NCBI GenBank assembly: GCA_031835245.2
Contig: JAVKOQ020000110.1
Location: 1 to 64,000, forward strand
Direction: 5' to 3'
Source: Balamuthia mandrillaris
Lineage: Eukaryota
Length of the DNA: 64,000 nucleotides
In this document: positions 23,246-37,013 of the stretch, in pieces
Numbering within the stretch: the first letter of the stretch is position 1
Layout of the letters: each line of letters opens with the position of its first letter
Position numbers and translations under genes: made by a program
The notes under the pieces: generated by a model
What the model was told of the DNA's origin: nothing
The model's database searches: none
Seen by the model: the letters and a program-made list of their open reading frames with translations, nothing else

Positions 23246-23716
23246 ATGACGGCCAGAGATTTTTTGAACAGCCAAATCGAGCATCTTCAGATGAAATATG
23301 TGGGTACAGGCCACTCGGACACAACCAAACAGTGCGTACTACGTTTTTTCAAACCCTGTGATTTTGTTTCCTTTTTTTTTTTTTTTTTTTTTTGGTTTGC
23401 CAACAACTGATCCAAAACATGAAATGAAAAAAAAAGTGAATGGCTTTCGAACCAACACAGAGACAGCTATGCCTCTTACATTGGGCACTACCCCATGCTT
23501 TCCTACTTTGCGATTGCGGAGAACGAATCCATTGGACGTGTGCGGTATAATCTGTTGCAGGTACGTCCACCTTTATTTTGAATCCTTGGTGTTTTTCTTT
23601 CGGTATCTCTCATATGAAACTCGCTTTACTCGTCCTCTGAACCTCAGAAAATGTTGCAACCGATCGGACCACCGCCAAAAGTCGAACTACGGGACGTGGA
23701 AGAGGAAGAGGACTAA
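23246..23716 (+). CDS. SF3B5: Splicing factor 3B subunit 5
   Basis: NSQIEHLQMKYVGTGHSDTTKHEW...HRDSYASYIGH...FAIAENESIGRVRYNLLQKMLQPIGPPP, with two introns. Confidence 0.96.
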
Positions 23717-23775
23717 CAAGGTTTTTTTTCCCATGAGCAAGAAGAGGACGAGACAAGAAAGTAAGAGACTGAGCC

Positions 23776-23820
<45 letters not shown>

Positions 23821-24245
23821 GAAGAAGAGATGGAAAAGAATGGCAACGTTTAGTTGGTGGCAGAGCCATAAAATAAACTCTCCATCTTTCAATCCAGCGG
23901 ATCATCTTGCTTAGTCTCGATGGAGACCTGAAGGCTAGTATAGAGCTTCGTTTGGCCAGTTGCGTTGGCTATCCACACGCGTTGGTTTGGATGGTGCCGT
24001 GTGGATGTTTAATTCCTCCTGCCTGCCATCCCCCCCACCACACGAAGAGCGAATTCGTGTTTCTTGCCGAACGCACGCAAGCACGTGCAGGTGGAGGCAA
24101 CGTGCGCTCATCATTCGCCCCGGCACCAAATGAACTATTTATATGCTATGCTATTTCGTCGTTTCAGTTTTTGTTTCCGTTGTGTGTCCAACAGAGGAGA
24201 GAGAGAGAGAAACGACGAACAACACAAGCTGAAAGGAAAGGAAAC

Positions 24246-24815
24246 ATGGCGGAGTGGCAGCACGGTATTTGTGATTGTTGTCACGATGGTGGCGTTTGTA
24301 CGTATCTGTTTCGGTTCCTCACCCTCTGTTGCGTTGCGCTTTGGTGCATGCCTTCTTCTAACAGAAGCAAAAAAACAAACAAACAAAAAACAAACAGGCT
24401 GCAAGAGCTTTTGCTGCGGATGCTATCAGTTCGGTAAGAACATGGAGAAGTCGCAGCACGAAGGCTGTCCCACGCTCAACAAATGGGCCTGCTGTTGCTG
24501 CTATGTCCTCGCGGTATTGTTTTCCTCCCTCTTGATTCTTTTGTTCTCTCTACTGACTGGTAGCTAAAAAGTATGCGGCGTATTACATTCCGGGAGTCAT
24601 CTTGAGCACCGTCAACAGAGGCAAGATCAGAGAGGCCAAAAACATCGAGGTAACCCTCCCCCATTCCAACCCCCTTCCATTATCTATCCATTCATCTCAC
24701 AGGGTTCGCTCTCCGCGTTGAACCGCAGGGTTCCACGGGCGGTGACTTCTTCGCCTCGCTGTGTTGTCCTTGTTGTGTGATCGCCCAAGAGAGCTACGAG
24801 CTGGGCGTAGACTAG
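24246..24815 (+). CDS. PLAC8/cornifelin-family Cys-rich protein
   Basis: MAEWQHGICDCCHD...FCCGCYQFGKN...NRGKIREAKNIEGSTGGDFFASLCCPCCVIAQE. Confidence 0.92.
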
Positions 24816-25119
24816 GCTCCCCCCTATTTGGTTGGGATCTCTCAGGCATACCCAACCCACCCCCTTCGTGTTGGTCATCCCACGAGGGAGAAAGGGAATT
24901 CACCTTAAATTTTAAGGTATCCAATATAATAAATCTGTAGTCCAATGAAAAATCAAACATATGTCCACAAAAATTCGCTGAACGAATCAGCCGAGAGTTT
25001 TTTTTGTTTTTCGACTTTCGAGGAAAGAGAGGCCTCGAAGTAGCGCGGATCTGTAGCAAAAAAAAAAAGAAAGTAGCAGCCGGACCGCACTGTGCGAGGA
25101 AGGGCTTTTAGAACAAAAA

Positions 25120-28100
25120 ATGTTACGACAGACAGGGGCCAAGTGTGCTCCTGTGGGTTCCGCTGTGTGGTGGAGAACGTGCGGTTCTAACGTTGGTTAT
25201 TCCTCGGGAAGAGCAACCTCCCCTCTCTCCTTCACGCCTGCTCTTCTTTCCCGCGGTCTGGCCACCACCGCTCGCCGGTTCGTTGACGCTTCTTCTTCTC
25301 TTCGTCGTCAACCAAGCCTGGGGCGCTTGTCTTCAACCGGTTCGAGAAAACATTCTCTTCTGCAACAACACCCCACAACGAAACCCTCTTTCAAAGGAAG
25401 AAGTTATCACTCCACTCGCCCGTTTCGTACTGATGTACTTTTTTTTTCTCTTTTTGCTACTTATTTCATCATCTCTTTTGTCTTTTTCGTTCTGAACTGA
25501 TTGAGTTGTTGTTTCTTGTTTTTTCTTCCTCCCTGATCAACGACAACAACTAGATCACAGAGGAGACGTTGGCACAACCACCGCCGTCGACGGAAAACAT
25601 GGTTTGGGTGCAGAACACTTTCTACAAAGGAAGGATGATCGACATTCTGCGTTTCGTGTTTCCTCGCTTGGAACAGTTGGAGAGACGGCTGCTGATGAAA
25701 AAGTTTAAGGGCGTCATTCGAAGGAGCGACTCTGAAGCGGCGAGTAATGGTAAAGTCCTTTTGTTATTGTTGGTGTTATTGTTCCTCCTCTTCTTGTTCA
25801 ACTTCTTCTTCTTGTTCTTCTTCTTCTCTGCGGCTGATGCTTCTTCGTTCCTTTCGTTTTGTTTCTCTCTTCATTCTCTGCTTGTGTTTGCGCTTACACA
25901 ACTTTCTTCACTTTGTTGATTTTGGTCAACAAAGAGGCGCTCCTGGAACGAAAGCTGCAAGAGTTAAATGTTATATTTAGGCCAAAAGAAGGAGGCTGCT
26001 TCCTGTGTTTCAGCAACAAGCAAGAAGCCCAACACTTTCAAAAGTATCTTCCCAACCATTTCCTCACCTTCTTTCCTCCTCGTTCCCGATCGTTCTTTGT
26101 GGAGGGAAAACCGTTCTTTGAAGACATCAGTATGTTTCATCACTTTCTTTTCCTCTTGTTTCTCTTTACCTTATCCCCTCCCATTTCCGGCTCGTATTCT
26201 CGGAAGATAACATCTCAATGCAGCTGCTATACAACCAAGCATAAAACTCGCGGTAGAATGCGAGGGAGGAGCAGTGCTAGGACTGGAAACAATCTATAGA
26301 GTGCTTCGTAAGTATGGCAAGTTGACGGATTTAAAGCCCGTTGACGAGAAAAAAGGGCAATACGTTGCTTATTACCTCACCCAGAGTGGAGCCATCAGTG
26401 CTCGTCAATGTATCCACGGCAAAAAACTTATGACAAGTGATGGTATTTTCTCTCGTTGCTTCTTTTCTCTTCTCTCTTCATCGCATTCTCTTTCTTTCAT
26501 CTCTTCTCCTTCGACATGAGCATCAAATGCTTACATAATATATTTAAGGCAAGGATGTGATACTCTCGGCAAGATATCAGCCCTACAAGCGTTTTCAAGA
26601 TGTGCGAACCAGATTCCTCGACCCTAGATTTCTTATCCCGGTTACGGCACTCGCTGTCACCCTCAGCACCTATCTTTTGGTAACACCCATTAGGATCTTC
26701 TCCGTCACTCAAAAAATATCATTGCCAACTCTCTATTTCCGTTCTCAATACGATGGTGCTTTCTCTCTCCCTCGTATTCTTTCTGTTTTTTTCCTCACAT
26801 TTTGGGTTTTTCCTTATTCAGACGAGAGCTTGGAGCTGAAAGGGGTCTTCCACATGGAAGAAAAAGAGAAACAACAAGCTGATTTGGAGACCAACATTTT
26901 GAACAAGCTGCCATCTTCCCTAATCCTTCTCACTGGCCCAAAGGGCACTGGCAAAAGCTCCATTACGAAACGTGAGTGTTGGGGCTTCTTCTCAGCTTTA
27001 TCCTTCTTCTCATTGCTGTTGCTAACGATCATATGCTCATGTCCATTAGAGTTGGCCCTGCATAGAACGTTCGCGGTGTACATTGATTGCAGAGGGAAAA
27101 CTGTGCAAGAGTTTATTGACCGGTACTTTTCTTTCTGTTTGTATTGTTTTTGTGGGTTATTATTATTTTTGTTCTTTGTTTCCTGATCTTTGTTTTCTTG
27201 CTTGGCGTTGCTGTACAACAGCTTCTCGGCTGCGATAGGCTTCTCTCCTTCCTTCACAGTTGTCAACAAGTTCTTTAGTTGGGTGGAAACAATACTGCCC
27301 AGCAAAGCAGGATGTTAGTGCTTCTTTCCTTTTCTTTTCATACGGATTGCTTATTATTATTACTTTTTGTGCAAATTCGTAGCGGTAATGGGTGTTTCTG
27401 AAACTCTCCAAATGGAAGATGTGCTACGTACTCTTCACAAAGCTTTGGGCTTCATTGCTGCCAGTTATCCATCTGACAAAAATAAGGAGTATTCAAGGTT
27501 TGTTTTGAGTCTTCTTGTTTCTTTCTACTTTTCTCTTCCCTCTTTCTGGTATCTTCTGACATTGCAATTATCAAACCAGATACTCGGTGCTTATTTTTGA
27601 TGGCTTGGATCAGCTCCTTGATGCCATCGACAAAGGAGACAGCAGCAAATCCCAAGTGTTGTTGGATTCATTATTGGATTGGGCCATTGACGTGACCTAT
27701 AACCGACACTACGCCCACGTAGTGTTTGTGAGCGACAATCCAATGGTCGAAGAGCGCCTCAAGAAAAGTCAGTGCTTTCATGCTCTCGTTCTTTATTTTT
27801 TTTTTCATTTCTCCACAATTCTGTTAAAGTGTCTTCCGTAGATTTTGTGATTGTTTTGTTTGCTTTTGTTTGTGCGTTGTTATAAGTTTTTCGCTTTGTT
27901 AACCTTTGTATGCTCTTCATCACAAACTAATACAGATCATGAGCACTTGGGAGGACAGATGCTCAGATTTGTCGTATCAGACATGCCGCTTGAGGACTCG
28001 GTAGAGTACCTCAACAAACGTTCCAAACGGATCGCTGATGCCAATCCTAAAGATGTGGAGAAAGCTGCGACCCTATTGGGAGGTACATTCACTTCCTTCA

Positions 28101-29020
28101 TTCTTTTAATTTCTCAGCTGCATTGAGTTTTATTGATGTTTTTTTTCTGTTTAAAAGGACGTTTGTGTGATCTCCGAGGTCTTGTGAACAGAGTAGAACG
28201 TGGCTACACTGTGAATGGTATTCATATGCTCGTGCTATTTGTTTTTGTTGTTGTTCTTCTCCTTCTCTACTTTCTATTAACTACTTGGTTAGATGCTGTA
28301 CAGGACATGATCGAAGACACAAAGCGATATCTCCGCAGCGAACAGTTTGACAACTCTATCAGCGCTTCCAAGAAGCCATGGACCAATATACAGTTCTGGA
28401 AGGCCATCAACACGATCGTCGAGGCAGAGGGAGACCAAACAAACAAGAAGCAAATAACCTACGACCAGCTCTTGTTCGAAGTGTTTGAGGGCAAGGAAGA
28501 GCCTCTTCGTGCATTGATCCATGAACACATCCTCGGAATCTCTCCTCATTCACCAGCCTTTGGCACCGCTCTTCTGTCTGGCACTTTACCTTCTTCATCC
28601 CCCTCCCCGGCTTCTGCATCTTCCTCCACTCCCAATTCCAGAGAAGTAGGCAAACATAAAGAAAGCACCTCGACAAGGTGGAGGGAAAAGCCAACCTACA
28701 TCATCGCGGGCTCAGAGAAGTTGCTTCAGGCCTTTAAGCTGCTCATCCAGGACGAGGAGTTAAGCCGGAAGATGGCCATCGCCATCAAGCAAGCCCAAAT
28801 CGCGGAGTTTGCCGCCACCGTCAAGAGCGCGGAGGAGGAGTTGGTCAAGTTGGCCAAGGTCTACGAGGCCACTCCCCCTCCCTCCGGCGTGCTCCCGTTC
28901 AAGTCCGCTGGCGCGGATGGGGTGCAGGAAAGGATCACCGTGCTCAAGGCCAAGCTGCTCTCCGCGACCAAAGAGCTGCGCAAGCTGGAACCGGAGTTGA
29001 AGGTCTTGCAAGGCAAGTAA
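25120..29020 (+). CDS. YME2: YME2/RNA12-like mitochondrial inner-membrane protein (RRM + TM + P-loop)
   Basis: Transit-like N-terminus; RRM (LETIYRVLRKYGKL...AISARQCIHG); TM (FLIPVTALAVTLSTYLLVTPIR); LLTGPKGTGKS; LLDWA...AHVVFVSD; LGGRLCDL. Confidence 0.78.
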
Positions 29021-29477
29021 GGGACTTTTTTTTTTCACCCAACCGTCACTCATTTCTGTAAAACAAAAACGAATCACGAAAACAAAAAAACGGTTCGTGA
29101 AAGTTCTTTCCCAAATAAAGAGAAACTGGACCGGGATCTCGGGTGTTTCTCGTCGTCGGCTGTTAGGAGTTTTCAGGGTAATTTCATTCATGAGGGTTAA
29201 ACCAGGTAACCGGCGGCTTTCCGTTTCGTCAATCGGGGATAAACACGGAAGGATTTGCTGGCGGGCGGGGGTGACGTGGTGACGTTTTCTTGTCAACTCC
29301 TTCTAGGTTTCCTCGAACTGGTGCCCACGTTTGTATTTTTCTGTGAGGGTTGACACTTTTCGTTGCACTATAAATACTTTTCGTCTTGGGCAATTTTTAT
29401 TTTTCGCTTATTCAAAACCAAAGCAAAGGCTACTACATATTTTTTTCCCCACACACACGCTACTACAAAACTCCTGA

Positions 29478-30401
<924 letters not shown>

Positions 30402-30824
30402 ACGCCACTTGTATTTTTTTCCTGCAACCACTTTCTCTCTTGTAAACAAACTTTCTTTCCCCATATTTTTTGTTTGGCAAACGTCTCATTTTTCATTTTT
30501 TGTTGTCTGGTTGCTAAGTCGGAGTTGTTGTTAGGGAAACGATTCGTGCTTTTGGGGTTTCCCAGCAACGGCTGAGGTGACGTAGGCCGGTCCAATGGCA
30601 AGGCGGAATAATCGCAAACACTCGTCACCACCGCGAGGAAAGGAAAAAAAGTCGTTTCACTGTTCTTCTGCTCTCCACCTTTGCTTGGTTTTATTTTGGC
30701 AATATAATATTAAGACCCAAGCTAAACCGGAGGGAGGAAGGGAGGAAGGAGAGTCTTTTCGTTGAGGTGGTTTTTTTTTTATTTTTCGGAAGGCACACGG
30801 GCACTAAACGACGACGGTTGAGCA

Positions 30825-31426
30825 ATGAGTGACGAAATCGACAAACACGTTCTTCGCCGCTATGAAGTGGTCTCAAAGCTTGGCAAAGGGGTAATCTCCA
30901 TCTTCTCGTTTTTTTTCCTCCCTTTCGACTCCGAACCTATATGCAAACAACAAAAACAACAAAACAAAAACTATCATAGGCTTATGGTATCGTATGGAAA
31001 GCCATTGACAAGAAAACCAAGAAGGATGTTGCCTTGAAAAAGATCTTTGATGCTTTTCAGAACGCAACCGACGCTCAAAGGACCTTTCGCGAGATCATGT
31101 TCTTGCAGGAGTTCCACAACCACGAGAACATTATCAAACTGATCAACGTTATGAAGGCGGACAACGACAAGGACATTTACCTCGTGTTCGAACACATGGG
31201 TACCTTACATTTTTTCCCCTTTCTTTCTCGTCTGTTTTCATTGTCTATGTTTCGGTTGGTGTTGTGAAGAGATGTCTAACAAAACCCCTTTGTATAGAAA
31301 CGGATTTACATGCAGTAATACGTGCAAATATCTTGGAGCCAGTACATAAGCAGTACATTGTCTACCAATTGCTAAAGGCCCTCAAGTATATGCACAGCGG
31401 CGAAGTTTTGCACCGCGATCTGAAGG

Positions 31427-31457
<31 letters not shown>

Positions 31458-32493
31458 CAACAGATCTAGGTTGCTCAAAGCGCTCTCTCTCTCGCTCTAC
31501 CTCTGTGGTTGTTTCTTTCTTTAATTGCAGCCAAGCAACCTCTTGCTCAACTCGGAGTGTCTGGTCAAAGTGGCAGACTTTGGTTTGGCCCGCTCCATCG
31601 CTTCCCTCCAAAACGAGGAGGCGGAGAACCCAATGACCGAGTATGTGGCCACCCGCTGGTATCGCGCTCCAGAGATCCTTCTCGGCTCCCAAAAGTACAC
31701 CAAGGGAGTTGACATGTGGTCGGTGGGTTGCATTTTGGGAGAGCTGCTGGGAGGAAAGCCGCTGTTCCCCGGCACATCTACCATGGACCAGCTCAGGAGG
31801 ATCATAGAGGTATCGGGCATGCCCGCTACCAGCGATGTGGAAGCCATGGGATCCCCTTTTGCTCAGACAATGTTGGAGAGCTTACCCGAAGCTCAGTTGA
31901 GGTCTCATACTTCTATTTTCGTTTTCTCCGTGCCTTCTCATCTTCTCCTCTCATTGCTTGCTCTTGCTGCTATCTTTGTTACTTATCTTACAATGATGTT
32001 ATGCAGGTCATTGGCAGACATCTACCCACATGCCCCAGAAGATGCATTGGACTTGATGGCCAAGTTGTTGGACTTCAACCCTACCAAACGTTTGAGCGCT
32101 GAGCAGGCATGTCAACACCCTTACGTGGTCCAGTTCCGTGATCCCGACGATGAGCCTGTGTGTGAAGAGGCCATTAAAATCCCCATCGATGACAACCACA
32201 AGTTCTCCATCTCCGACTATCGCAACCACCTGTATCAGGACATTAAGAAAAAGAAGAAGGAACAAAAGAGGAAGACAAAAGAGAAGCAGGAGAAGAAGAA
32301 GGGCGCTGATAACGGGCCTGTTGGCAACGCAGCGGAGGACGAGAAAAAGGCAGAGAAGAGAAAGAAAAAGAAGAGCGGAAGCAAAGAAAAGTTGAAGGGT
32401 TCTGGCCCAAAGGAAGGTAAAGAAGGGAAGGAGAAAAAGAAGAAGAAGAGCTCATCATCTTCATCCTCCAGTTCCAAAAAGGGCACCAAGTAG
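30825..32493 (+). CDS. MAPK15: Atypical MAP kinase ERK7/8 (ErkB-type)
   Basis: [66 protein letters not shown]; Lys-rich tail. Confidence 0.93.
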
Positions 32494-32771
32494 GAGAGGA
32501 TGTTCACTTGCTCAAGGAACTTGAAGAAAGGAAGAACAGAAGGCCCCGTTTTGTTAACATTGAATGAAGATGTACTTGTTTATCAGTCTTTGTGTGTGCG
32601 AGAGAGAGACTTTTTGAAAAGAAGGTTCTCTTTATTTCATGTCCAAAAGATTCTAAAGAGTGTTGAAAACAAAAAGAAGCAACAATAAGGTCAAAAATAA
32701 ATGTTGCTTTTTGTCAAACAAAAAAATGGGGGTCAAAAAAAATGGACGAAAGGTCACCGAAGTCTGTGCCT

Positions 32772-34192
32772 TTAGAACCAGAGTCCTTGGCGAGTGGAAG
32801 CGGAGGACTCCTCGGTGTGAGCCTCGTTGTGGTTGTAGGCCACAACGTCGCTGGTGTCCTCGTAGGCGCCGCCGTCGTAGGCAACATCACCACCGCCATA
32901 GCTCACGTCACCGCCGTCGTAAGCGACCTCACCACCGTCGTAGGTCACGTCACCACCGTCGTAAGAGACATCTCCGCCGTCGTAGGCAACATCGGAGCCG
33001 TCGTAGGAGACGTCACCGCCGTCGTAGGTCACATCACCACCATCGTAAGAAACATCTCCTCCATCGTAGGAAACGTCTCCACCATCATAAGAGACATCAC
33101 CTCCGTCGTAGGTCACGTCGCCGTCGTAGTCACAGCCACCGTCATATTCCACGTCACCACCATCGTAAGAAACATCACCACCGTCGTAAGAAACGTCACC
33201 ACCGTCGTAGGAGACATCTCCTCCGTCGTAGGACACATCACCGCCGTCGTAGGAGACGTCACCGCCGTCATAAGAAACATCTCCTCCATCATAGGTCACA
33301 TCACCACCATCGTAAGAGACATCTCCACCGTCGTAAGAAACATCACCACCGTCGTAAGAGACATCCCCTCCGTCGTAGGAAACGTCACCACCATCGTAGG
33401 AAACGTCACCGCCGTCGTAGGTTACATCACCACCATCATAGGAGACATCTCCACCGTCGTAAGAAACGTCACCACCGTCGTAGGAAACGTCACCACCATC
33501 GTAGGACACGTCGCCGCCATCGTAAGAGACATCTCCTCCATCGTAAGAAACGTCCTGCCGTCAGAGACATCACCACCGTCGTAGGAGACATCACCGCCAT
33601 CGTAAGAAACATCTCCTCCGTCATAGGTCACATCACCACCGTCGTAAGAGACATCTCCTCCATCGTAGGAAACGTCACCACCATCGTACGAGACATCACC
33701 GCCGTCGTAGGAAACGTCACCACCATCGTAAGAGACGTCACCACCATCGTAGGAAACATCAGATCCGTCGTAGGAAACGTCACCGCCGTCGTAGGAGACA
33801 TCGCCGCCGTCGTAGGACACATCCCCTCCGTCGTAGGTTACGTCTCCTCCATCGTAAGAAACATCACCACCGTCGTAAGAGACATCACTGCCGTCGTATG
33901 ACACGTCACCACCATCGTAAGAGACATCACCGCCATCGTAGGAGACGTCACCACCGTCGTAGGTCACATCGCCGCCATCGTAAGAGACATCTCCTCCATC
34001 GTAAGAAACGTCCTCACCATCATATCCAACATCACCGCCATCATAGGAAACATCCCCGCCATCATAGGAGACGTCGCCGCCGTCGTAGGTGACATCGTCA
34101 CCGTCGTAGGTCACGTCGCCAGCGGCATAGTCCGCGCCGAACGCGGCGGTGGCGCATAGCGTCACCAGCAAGAGGCTCCACAGTAGCTTCAT
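32772..34192 (-). CDS. Secreted tandem-repeat protein, about 60 x YDGGDV(S/T); frameshift near 33555
   Basis: Signal peptide MKLLWSLLLVTLCATAAFG. The 21-bp units differ mainly at synonymous positions. A TATA-like TAAATA lies upstream on the minus strand (~34275-34281). Confidence 0.88.
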
Positions 34193-35321
34193 AGAGATGT
34201 TTGTTGCTGTTCGCGTTGTTGCTTTGCAATGGTCGTTGATGATGATTGTGAAAAAACTGGCAGAGGAGGGCCGCTATTTATGGCAGAGCGAGATGCGTTG
34301 CTTCCGCCCATCCTTCGTTCGAACTTCTATCCTCTTTTCTTGCTGTTTGGCGGGGAAGTCTACCAGACAGCACGGTGGCGCAGCGGCGGAAAACTGATGA
34401 GCGGAAAGCCACCAAGTCGGGGTGGGTGACGTGGCTTGGCTGACGTGGAACAGAGTGATTGGCGAAAAATGAAATCTCTTCGAAAGTTTCTGAGGCATTG
34501 CCTTTTTTTGGAATTTTTTGGTGAATTCAAATCGATAAGTTTGACAGCCGCAAAGCCAATTTCCATGGGAGAGAGGAGACAGACCAGAGAATGGACATGC
34601 AGCTCCGGCCGGTTTTTCTCCGCTGCCCTCTCCCGATTCCCTCTTGGCGATAGAGAGTGATATAGGAGAGAGGGAGAGGAGTGAGAAAGAAAAAAATGTG
34701 GATTAAAAGAGAAGAAAAACAGGCTCACAGAGTAAAGTTCAGCAACGCATCAGCACAGCCTGGAATCCCTTCATAGCATCAAAGAAGAGCTAACGCTAGG
34801 GGCAGAACAGTTTGGTTTACCTTCTGCACTACGCTTTATCAAACCGCATGCCCGCACAACGTCTTTGAGGAGCAGAGAGAGAGAGTGTGTGTGCGTGCGT
34901 TAAGATCCATTAGTCTCTTTTTTGTTTTTTTAAATTCACAGATTTAGGATAGCGAGCGTAGAACGAGACAAACATACCCAAGGAGGGAGAGGCTTCCTGC
35001 TTTTTGTTTTGCGGGAAGTCTTTCCTCCGATAAGTAAGTCTATAATGACGATAAATGGTTTGAAATTATCGACAATAATGTACAAATTTTTAAAAAAATA
35101 ATTTTAAATATTCAAACACTGCTAAAGCCTATTAGCATATTAGAGTGTGTACTGCAGCAAGTTCGCGCGGCCAGACAGACGGTATTATGGTAATAGGTTG
35201 ATATCCCAAAAATGGAGCTATCTCCCGTCCGTCAGGATCTCTCATGTCCTATCCCTTATCTCCTGTATAACAAAAAAAAAAGTAACAAAGAAACCCAAAA
35301 AAAAAACAAAACAAAAAGGAC

Positions 35322-36333
35322 ATGGCTGCTTCCAGTTCCACTCAACCACCACCAATCGACTTTCCAGCCTACATCGAAGCCAACAAGTCCCTGCTTCAGC
35401 CTCCCGTCTGCAACAAGCTCATCTATGCCAACCAACTCAAGGTAATGATCGTGGGCGGACCCAACATCAGGTCTGACTATCACATCGAGGAAGGAGAGGT
35501 ATGTTTCTTTCTTTCTTTTTTTTTTACAATGCGTTTCTTCTCTCATCTTTTTTAACGTTTCGTTTCGTTTTTATATTTTTTGTTATGTCTCATTTTTTTC
35601 ATCACAACAAAAACTTTATTTATTTTTCATAAAAAAACCAAAAAAAAAACCAAAAAAAAAAATAACAAAAATTCAACTAAACCACAAAAAAATAAATAAA
35701 TAATAACAATAACAAAAAAAAATAACAAAAAACAAACTAAACCACAAAAAAAATAAAAAAATACCAAAAACAAAAAAAAAATAACAAAAAAAATAAACAT
35801 ATAAATAACAGGAATTATTCTACCAGGTGAAAGGGGACATGCTCCTCAAGGTCATCGAGCAAGGCCGCCACAAGGACATTCCCATCAAGCAAGGCCAGCT
35901 CTTCCTCCTCCCGCCTCGCATCCCGCACTCGCCCCAACGCTTCGCCGACACCGTCGGCCTCGTCATCGAGCGGGAGAGAGCCCTCCGCGAGATCGATGGG
36001 CTTCGTTGGCACGTCCCAACTGCAGAGGGAGAAGGAGGAGAGGTGAAAGTGCTCTACGAGGAATACTTTCATTGCGAGGACCTGGGCACGCAGCTGAAGC
36101 CGGTGATAGAGAGGTTTCATGCCTCGGAGGCGCATAGGACGGGCGTGCCCAACCTGGAGGATGGGACGGTGCTGAGGGAGCCTCCCATTCGCATCGATAC
36201 CTCCACCGTTACAGCTTCTCCTGTTGGTTCGTTCTTATTCTTCATGCTTCGTTCTTCTTTCTTTCAACTACCTTCTTTCATTCTTATGCTTCTTTCTTCT
36301 TTCTTCGTCTTTCATTCTTTTTCTTGTCGCTGA

Positions 36334-36376
<43 letters not shown>

Positions 36377-36524
36377 TGGTAGGTTTGGAAGAATGGTTAC
36401 AAACGCATGAGGAAGAGCTGAAAGGAGGAAAGCCTGTCTCCATGTATGAAGGCAATGACTTTGACGTTGTCTTCTGTGGCCCTAACTCGACCTTTCACCG
36501 CCCACCTCACCCAAAAGAGGTTCT

Positions 36525-36603
<79 letters not shown>

Positions 36604-36876
36604 TCTGCTCTTTTTTAAAACAAACAAACAACAAAAACAAAGATATTCTTCTATCAATGGAAAGGAAATGGTACCGTGCAGGTAGATGAGGCAGAGGAAG
36701 GAACGAGGTTGTCTTCGCAACACATTCACTTGGTGTCTTCTCCTGATAAGGGCGTCGATGCAAAGGTAACCAGCCTTTCCACCTCTCTTTTTCTCCTTTT
36801 TTTTTCCCATTTGTGTTGAGTTTATCTTTTACAGTTTGATGAAGATGCTCTGTGCATGGTTCTAATGTGGAAATGA
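35322..36876 (+). CDS. HAAO: 3-hydroxyanthranilate 3,4-dioxygenase
   Basis: [61 protein letters not shown]. Confidence 0.96.
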
Positions 36877-37013
36877 GGAAACCACTAGTAAATAAATAAC
36901 TGAATCGACCAGTATGAAGACGAAAGAGCGAAGCAGGAACTGAGATGAGAGAAGATATAAACCATTCAACAGAACAGTTATCCCTCAACGAGCTTGTTGT
37001 TGATTCCTCCTCC

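Noticed and set aside
29295..29320. Heat-shock element upstream of Ub3-AN1
   Set aside because: TTC and GAA units are not in correct nGAAn register.
30825..32493. U12-type introns in the MAPK or elsewhere
   Set aside because: The donors I examined are U2-type; no (G/A)TATCCTT donor was seen.
32660..34092. Plus-strand His/Arg-rich and Val/Thr-rich ORFs
   Set aside because: Antisense shadows of the YDGGDVS gene. Only the minus frame has a signal peptide and synonymous-type variation.
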